Assembly (NCBI GenBank): GCA_035285545.1
Contig: JAYKGY010000057.1
Location: forward strand, 1 to 15,506
Length of the DNA stretch: 15,506 nucleotides
Reading direction: 5' to 3'
Origin: Snowella sp.
GTDB taxonomy: Bacteria; Cyanobacteriota; Cyanobacteriia; Cyanobacteriales; Microcystaceae
Part shown: positions 9,915 through 15,506 of the stretch, in pieces
Layout: every line of letters begins with the position of its first letter
Numbering within the stretch: the stretch's first letter is position 1
The notes under the pieces: generated by a model
Told to the model about the DNA's origin: nothing
What the model saw: only the letters and a program-made list of their open reading frames with translations
Database searches by the model: none
Made by a program: the position numbers and the translations under genes

Positions 9915-10988
9915 GTGGCAAATTCGGCCAAAATTCTACTGATTGGTTCCATTGAACCCTATAGCGGTAAGTCAGGTACAATTCTGGGACTGGGCCGTCA
10001 ACTACAGGAGCGTGGATTCGCGATCGCCTACGGTAAACCTATTGGGACTGCAACCAATGACGACCAACCCAACGGACAGGATGCCGATGTTCAATTTATT
10101 ACCGCAGCTTTGGGTCTGAAAGATCACCAAATTTGCCCACCGTTATTCATGCTGACGAAGGACACCATTGAAAAACGTCTGCAAGGCCATGACCAAAGCC
10201 ACTATGGAGAAGTTTTAACCACTGCCTTACAAAAAATTGAGGCGGATGTGATTTTAATTGAAGGGCCTGGCAATTTAAGTGAAGGTGGTTTGTTTAATCT
10301 CTCTTTTGCTGATTTATTGGGACAAATTGAAGCAGGGATTATTTTAGTTGCTCGTTACCATTCTCCCCTTGTGGTTGAAGGTTTACTAAAAGCAAAGCAA
10401 GAATTGGGAGACTTTCTGTTAGGTGTGGTGATTAATGACGTTCCCCCAGACGCGATCGCCGAAACCCAAACCCTGATTCAACCCTTTTTAGAAAAACAAG
10501 GAATTTCCGTTTTTGGACTATTGCCCCAAAATGAATTACTCCGCAGTGTTAGTGTGCGGGAAATTGCCCATCAGCTAAAGGCAAAGGTCTTATGTCGGGC
10601 GGATCGCTTAGATCTCATGGTCGATACCCTGACTATTGGAGCTATGAATGTTAACTCGGCCTTGGAATATTTCCGTCAAGGCTACAATAAGGCGGTTGTC
10701 ACTGGCGGCGATCGCACCGATCTGCAATTAGCAGCCTTGGAAACCTCGACCAGTTGCCTCATTTTAACGGGTCATGTGCCGCCGCAACCGTTGATTATTA
10801 GTCGGGCAGAAGATTTAGAAATTCCCATTTTAGCGGTGAATCTCGATACCCTGAAAACCGTTGAAATCGTGGATCAAGCCTTTGGAACGGTGAGACTGCA
10901 AGAATCTATTAAAGTCGATTGTATTCAACAACTCATGGCGGATCATTTCCAATTCGACGACTTTCTCACCACGTTTGGTCTCAAATAA
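9915..10988 (+). CDS. Phosphotransacetylase-family protein (BioD-like P-loop plus DRTGG domains; no catalytic Pta domain)
   Basis: Motifs EPYSGKS, YGKPIG, IEGPG and [19 protein letters not shown] at 9915 follows AGGAG (9903-9907) and is preferred over the track start at 9861. Confidence 0.88.
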   Translation: MANSAKILLIGSIEPYSGKSGTILGLGRQLQERGFAIAYGKPIGTATNDDQPNGQDADVQFITAALGLKDHQICPPLFMLTKDTIEKRLQGHDQSHYGEVLTTALQKIEADVILIEGPGNLSEGGLFNLSFADLLGQIEAGIILVARYHSPLVVEGLLKAKQELGDFLLGVVINDVPPDAIAETQTLIQPFLEKQGISVFGLLPQNELLRSVSVREIAHQLKAKVLCRADRLDLMVDTLTIGAMNVNSALEYFRQGYNKAVVTGGDRTDLQLAALETSTSCLILTGHVPPQPLIISRAEDLEIPILAVNLDTLKTVEIVDQAFGTVRLQESIKVDCIQQLMADHFQFDDFLTTFGLK

Positions 10989-11024
10989 TTCCCCTCTCAA
11001 AATCGCAGAATCCCCTGATCAGGC

Positions 11025-11030
11025 TATAAT
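11025..11030 (+). promoter_or_regulatory. -10 box of the putative tRNA promoter
   Basis: Perfect TATAAT 21 nt upstream of the tRNA 5' end. Confidence 0.5.
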
Positions 11031-11051
11031 TAATGGGAAAAACCTCTATGC

Positions 11052-11124
11052 CCAGGGTTGGCCGAGCGGTTGAGGCAGCGAACTCATAATTCGCCCAAGA
11101 CAGGTTCAACTCCTGTACCCTGGA
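11052..11124 (+). tRNA. tRNA with CAT anticodon, most likely tRNA-Ile2 (lysidine-modified); CCA not encoded
   Basis: Acceptor stem CCAGGGT/ACCCTGG plus discriminator A. Anticodon arm GCGAA-CTCATAA-TTCGC. T-arm ACAGG-TTCAACT-CCTGT. It lacks the initiator features (GGG/CCC anticodon stem, 1:72 mismatch) and resembles cyanobacterial/plastid trnI-CAU. Confidence 0.93.
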
Positions 11125-11140
11125 TTCTGTATTAATCCCT

Positions 11141-12193
11141 ATGCCAGAAACGACCGAAACCCGCAAAGCGGATCACATCAAAATTGTTTTAGACGAAAAT
11201 GTCGATGGAAAGGGAATAACGACGGGATTTGAACGCTATTTCTTAGAACACTGTGCCTTACCCGATGTTGACTTAGATGCAGTTGACCTGGGATTAACCT
11301 TGTGGGGAAAACGGCTCCAGGCTCCTTTACTGATTAGCAGCATGACAGGGGGAACGGCGATCGCGTCTAAAATTAATTTGCACCTAGCAGAAGTCGCCCA
11401 AAGCTTAGGCATTGCGATGGGGGTCGGTTCTCAACGGGCAGCCATTGAAGATCCCCGTTTAGCGGCTACCTATCAAGTCCGTTCCGTCGCGCCGGATATT
11501 CTCTTATTTGCCAATTTGGGGGCTATTCAACTGAATTACGGCTACGGGTTAGACACGGCCAAACGGGCAGTCGAGATGATCGAAGCCGATGCTCTTATTT
11601 TGCACCTTAATCCTCTCCAGGAAGCTGTTCAGCCTGGCGGCGATCGCCAATGGTCAGGGTTAGGAAAAAAAATTGAAAAACTGGTAGGGGAATTATCGGT
11701 TCCCGTCATTATTAAAGAAGTGGGGAATGGCATTAGTGCCTCCGTTGCCAAACAATTAAAAGAGTATGGAGTCGCCGCCATTGATGTTGCAGGAGCAGGG
11801 GGAACCAGTTGGAGTGAAGTAGAAGCCTATCGACAAACCAATCCCCATTATCGAGCGATCGCCCACAGTTTTGCCAGTTGGGGCATTCCGACAGCCATGA
11901 GTTTACGAGAAGTCCGCCAAGCCGTGACCGATTTACCCATTTTTGCCAGTGGCGGTATTCGCAATGGGATTGATGCGGCCAAAGCGATCGCCTTAGGAGC
12001 AACCTTAGTCGGCAGCGCGGCGATGGTTTTAGAAGCTGCTACATTAAATGAAAAAGTCGTCTATGAACAGTTTTCACTCTTACTAGAAACTTTAAAAATA
12101 GCCGCTTTTTGCAGTAATGCCACGAACTTAACCCAATTACATCAGGTCAAATTACGCGATCGCGAGACAGGAGAGGTGATCAACGGTTGTTAG
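11141..12193 (+). CDS. fni: Type 2 isopentenyl-diphosphate delta-isomerase (FMN-dependent)
   Basis: Motifs RKADHI, ISSMTGG, GVGSQR, HLNPLQE, KEVGNG, GAGGTSW and SGGIRNG. Confidence 0.97.
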   Translation: MPETTETRKADHIKIVLDENVDGKGITTGFERYFLEHCALPDVDLDAVDLGLTLWGKRLQAPLLISSMTGGTAIASKINLHLAEVAQSLGIAMGVGSQRAAIEDPRLAATYQVRSVAPDILLFANLGAIQLNYGYGLDTAKRAVEMIEADALILHLNPLQEAVQPGGDRQWSGLGKKIEKLVGELSVPVIIKEVGNGISASVAKQLKEYGVAAIDVAGAGGTSWSEVEAYRQTNPHYRAIAHSFASWGIPTAMSLREVRQAVTDLPIFASGGIRNGIDAAKAIALGATLVGSAAMVLEAATLNEKVVYEQFSLLLETLKIAAFCSNATNLTQLHQVKLRDRETGEVINGC

Positions 12194-12232
12194 GAGAAAA
12201 TAATTGTCGTTTTTGCCGCAATTTTAAGAAAA

Positions 12233-13186
12233 TCAACTTTTATGGCGAGCCTTATCACGATACATAGCCGCATCCGCTTCTTGGAGAGCAGATTGTATGC
12301 CACATTGAGGGTGTCTAAGGGCGTAACCGATCGAGGCTTTAACCCCTGCCGCATTTAAGCAATGACGAATTCGATGCGCGATCGCTTGAGCATTTTTCTG
12401 ATCACACTCAATGGCCAAAATAGCAAATTCATCTCCTCCTAAACGAGCCACAATATCCGTTGGCCGTAACGCTTCTTTTAAGGCTTGGCTGGCTTGAATT
12501 AACAGCTTATCCCCCGCACTATGACCAGATACATCGTTAACGCATTTTAAATCATCCAGATCAACCAAAAACACACAAACGGAATGCCCATATCGATAAC
12601 ACCGTTCCTCTTCCATTGCCACCAACTTATCCCAACCTCGACGATTGTATAAAGTCGTTAACGCATCTGACATCGCTTCTGCTTCCGCCCGTTCTGCTTG
12701 GCGTTTAGCGGCTAAGGTGGCTAATTCCGCATTCAGTAAGCTGCTGAGTAAACCTGCGAGTAGCTCAATCAGGGGCTGTTCCGATTGAAGCGATTGGCTA
12801 TGGGGCACAGGATCGATAGCGCATAGGGTTCCAAATAATGTTCCGTCACTGTAGGTTAGAGGAAAGCCAATATAGGCCCCAATCGGAACCTGTTGGCCAA
12901 TGGGAGCTTCAGCATAGGCCGTAATGAGGTTAGCTTGGGGCGCAATACAGGGGCCTAGTCCCTCCACCATACGAGAACAAAAAGAATCACTCCAATGAAA
13001 AACACTACCTTCTTTAACGTTGTAACCGTGATCTTTCGCCATTAGAACAATCCAATCATTGCCTTCCGTGCGGGTAATCATCCACAGGTCAAAGCCAAAA
13101 CGTTGACGCAGAAATTCTAAGACGGCTTTTCCCGCAGTGGCAAAATCATTTAAAAGTGAAATGTTGTTGAGCAAAGTTGACTTCAC
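12233..13186 (-). CDS. GAF-sensor diguanylate cyclase
   Basis: N-terminal GAF domain (SFCSRMV, AYIGFPL, GTLCAID), then D.LT.LYNRR, intact RLGGDEF and an RxxD I-site (RPTD). Confidence 0.93.
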   Translation of the reverse strand: MKSTLLNNISLLNDFATAGKAVLEFLRQRFGFDLWMITRTEGNDWIVLMAKDHGYNVKEGSVFHWSDSFCSRMVEGLGPCIAPQANLITAYAEAPIGQQVPIGAYIGFPLTYSDGTLFGTLCAIDPVPHSQSLQSEQPLIELLAGLLSSLLNAELATLAAKRQAERAEAEAMSDALTTLYNRRGWDKLVAMEEERCYRYGHSVCVFLVDLDDLKCVNDVSGHSAGDKLLIQASQALKEALRPTDIVARLGGDEFAILAIECDQKNAQAIAHRIRHCLNAAGVKASIGYALRHPQCGIQSALQEADAAMYRDKARHKS

Positions 13187-13634
13187 AAGGGAGAGTTAAG
13201 AAAAGACCCGATAAAACGGTCAAATAATAAGATTTTGTTTAAAGAAATTTAAAATAGATGAAGATTTATTGAAAGACAAGCAGATCTATTAAAAATTTTT
13301 TTATTGAATTTAGCAAGTGTATTTTTGCGGATAATTAATTTTGAGATTTACGAAACTTAATCACAACAAGATGAGCCTTTGCAGTGGGCGATCGACGTGG
13401 GGTTTGAATTTGTTTAATGTGTATTGATTATAATTACGCTTGGCGGTTGAAGACTTTGAGCGTTTTCTGACCACTGAATTTGTTGATTTAGTTTTCTCTA
13501 TTACTCTTATACTGTCAAGGCGTGACTCTTATAGATGATGAATCGAGAATCCTTGTATCGGCAAAGGAAAGGAGAAATCAAGCGATCGCGTAAGTTGACT
13601 GATTCTTGTTTCGATACTTTGACTGAAAAGAAAC

Positions 13635-13673
13635 AGACGTGCTAATACTGAAGAAAGGATAATTTACTTATGA
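13635..13673 (+). pseudogene. 3' remnant of a BrnT-like toxin gene
   Basis: Frame reads RRANTEERIIYL*, resembling the BrnT C-terminal (ISA)RxAxxxErxxY. Its TGA overlaps the brnA ATG (ATGA). An in-frame stop lies at 13620-13622 with no plausible start codon. Confidence 0.6.
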
Positions 13674-13930
13674 CTATATCGAGAGAAGAGCAATTGAAGA
13701 TCCTTGGTCTAATGACGGATTCTGAGATTAACTATGCTGATGCTCCCGCAACTAATGAGGAGTTTTGGCAAAATGCAGCGGTTAATATTCCCCCTGTAAA
13801 GGTTCCTGTTACTCTCAGGTTAGAATCTGATGTGCTTGCCTGGTATAAAGAGCAAGTTCCACGAGGTTATCAAACTTTGATCAATCATGTTTTAAGAAAA
13901 TATATGATGGATCGGGAATCCTCTACTTAA
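13670..13930 (+). CDS. BrnA antitoxin family protein (DUF4415)
   Basis: 86 aa with DSEINYADAP, EFW..A, KVPVTLRLESDVLAWYK and GYQTLINHVLRKYM. Confidence 0.88.
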   Translation: MTISREEQLKILGLMTDSEINYADAPATNEEFWQNAAVNIPPVKVPVTLRLESDVLAWYKEQVPRGYQTLINHVLRKYMMDRESST

Positions 13931-13958
13931 ATCGTTGTATATCTGAGGAATACCAACA

Positions 13959-14396
13959 ATGACGACGCAAACGCTCTATGAAAAAGATTTTAATTTGTGG
14001 ATAGAACGAACCATTAATCAACTCAAAGAAGGTAATTTACAAGACCTAGACATCAAAAATTTAATAGAGGAAATTGACTCAATGGGTCGCAGCGATAAAC
14101 GAGAGATTTACAATCGTTTAAAAGTATTATTAATGCATTTACTTAAATGGAAGTATCAACCTCAAAAACGAAGTCAAAGCTGGGAATTTACTATTGATGA
14201 GCAACGAGATCAGATAAAATTGATTCTTAAAGATAGTCCTAGTCTTAAGCCTTATTTTACAGAAAATTTAGCAGACTGTTATCAAGATGCTATTCGTAAA
14301 GCGGTAAAGGAGACAGCCCTAGATAAAAATGTTTTTCCGCCCCAGTGTCCTTTTACTCAAGAACAAATTCTAGATGTTGACTATTTTCCCGAATAA
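13959..14396 (+). CDS. DUF29 domain-containing protein
   Basis: Motifs LYEKDFNLW, NLIEEIDSMGRSDKR, LLMHLLKWKYQP, DSPSLK and FP..CPF. SD GAGGA. Confidence 0.92.
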   Translation: MTTQTLYEKDFNLWIERTINQLKEGNLQDLDIKNLIEEIDSMGRSDKREIYNRLKVLLMHLLKWKYQPQKRSQSWEFTIDEQRDQIKLILKDSPSLKPYFTENLADCYQDAIRKAVKETALDKNVFPPQCPFTQEQILDVDYFPE

Positions 14397-14441
14397 CAAA
14401 CTGATGGATATATTGAAGCGACTTAGGTTGTTACAGAAATT

Positions 14442-15379
14442 TTAATCTTGATTGAGATCAGAAAAGCTTCTGGGCGTAATATCTAATGCTTCAATCTCAT
14501 TTAATTCACTTTGCTCTTGTGCAACTTTAGCTCTTAATTTATTAAAAGAGGGGCGTAACATAGCATTAAATGAGCCAGCCGTTTTATCAAAAGCTTCTCC
14601 CGTTCTTTTAATGGATATACCTAAATTATTAAAATGTTTAATCATTGTACCAAAGCGATTATGTAATTCGCTACCAATCTTACCAATTTCTTCAGCATTT
14701 TTTGCAATTTCATATTGTTTCCATCCATAGTAAACAGTCCGAAGAAGTGCAATTAAAGTAGTTGGAGTAGCAAGAATAATATTTTTTTGAGCAGCATCTA
14801 CAAGAAGCCCATTATCATGCCGTAGAGCGGTACTAAATAAGCTTTCAGCAGGAAGAAATAGAACTACAAATGCAAGCTGTTCTTTGCCTGCTAGTTTTTC
14901 ATATTCCTTTTTGCTTAAATCATTAATTCTGCTTTTAACTTGCTTTGCATGTTCTTTACCTGCTTCATCTCTTTCCTCTTCATTATCAGAATTCATAAGA
15001 TCTAAATAGGCATTCATCACTGCTTTAGCATCTATAATTATTTTCTTTTCACCTGGCAAATTTACAATGATATCAGGACGCTTGATTCCATCATCTGCAC
15101 TTACAGAAACTTGCTTATCGTAATGTATGCCCTCAACCATGCCAGATATTTCAAGAACTTTTTCTAAAACAACTTCGCCCCATTGCCCTCTTCCAATTGG
15201 CTGTCTCAATGCTTTTACCAAATTGCCTGTCTCTTGTCTAAGCTCTTTTTCAAGTTGACTAAGAGATTCTATTTGACTCTTAATTTCAGTGTAAGAACCA
15301 ATGCGTTCTTTTTCAATTTCTCTAATTTCTTTATCTAACCTCAGTAAACTATCTTGAACAGGTTTTACAATTCCTTCTA
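14442..15379 (-). pseudogene. rmuC: DNA recombination protein RmuC, 5'-truncated by an IS insertion
   Basis: Motifs RGQWGE..LE..LE.SG, RPDIIVNLP, IIDAK, FVVLFLPAES and ATPTTLIALLR. The usual N-terminal membrane anchor and coiled coil are missing. The first 14 codons of the track ORF (15381-15422) lie inside the IS. Confidence 0.8.
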
Positions 15380-15506
15380 GGTTCTCCGCGGTTAGCAGTG
15401 AGAAGTGTATAATGGTATACATTATATGAGGACTGAACTATGTTGTACTTTCTCGAAAATCTTCTTAAATTGCCTCAAATTAGTGTACAAAATATCATAC
15501 AAGAAG
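15380..15506 (+). mobile_element. Left end of an ISL3-family-like insertion sequence
   Basis: Starts with GGTTCT, a typical ISL3 terminus, exactly where RmuC similarity ends. It is followed by TATAAT (15408-15413), SD GAGGA (15428-15432) and a transposase-like ORF start. Confidence 0.7.
15440..15506 (+). CDS. ISL3-family transposase, N-terminal fragment (runs off the window)
   Basis: MLYFLENLLKLPQISVQNIIQE resembles the LL.LP.V.V N-terminus of cyanobacterial ISL3 transposases. Only 22 codons are visible. Confidence 0.65.
   Translation, partial: MLYFLENLLKLPQISVQNIIQE

Noticed and set aside
11052..11124. tRNA as an integration site of an island
   Set aside because: No duplicated tRNA 3' end and no integrase in the window; the downstream fni gene is HIP1-rich and looks native.
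10981..11166. 61-aa minus-strand ORF
   Set aside because: It is antisense to the tRNA gene.
13385..13537. TPR-like peptide scraps (RRG/LNLFNVY/LAVEDFERFL) in the GGDEF-brnA intergenic region
   Set aside because: Needs several frameshifts and crosses stop codons; cannot be supported without a homology search.
13187..13634. c-di-GMP riboswitch upstream of the diguanylate cyclase
   Set aside because: No GEMM-type consensus recognised on either strand.

Overview
Cyanobacterial chromosomal window; I counted 23 HIP1 GCGATCGC octamers by eye. It opens with the 5' end of psaA (minus strand, absent from the ORF track) and its AT-rich regulatory region. Next come a divergent putative lipoprotein, a secreted Pro/Ala-tailed protein ending in IRGLW, and an ureidoglycolate lyase-like gene. 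A tight tpiA / AI-2E transporter / orphan solute-binding protein operon follows, then a Uma2 nuclease, ligA, ebsA with a DRTGG (Pta N-terminal-like) gene, a CAT-anticodon tRNA (probably Ile2), fni (IDI-2) and a GAF-GGDEF cyclase. The last ~1.9 kb looks accessory: a brnA antitoxin preceded by only the last 12 codons of a brnT-like toxin, a DUF29 gene, and rmuC cut by the left end of an ISL3-like element. No complete new system can be proven from sequence alone. The best leads are the RGLW-terminated secreted protein, the ebsA-DRTGG pair, the decapitated brnT/brnA/DUF29 module and the IS-split rmuC.
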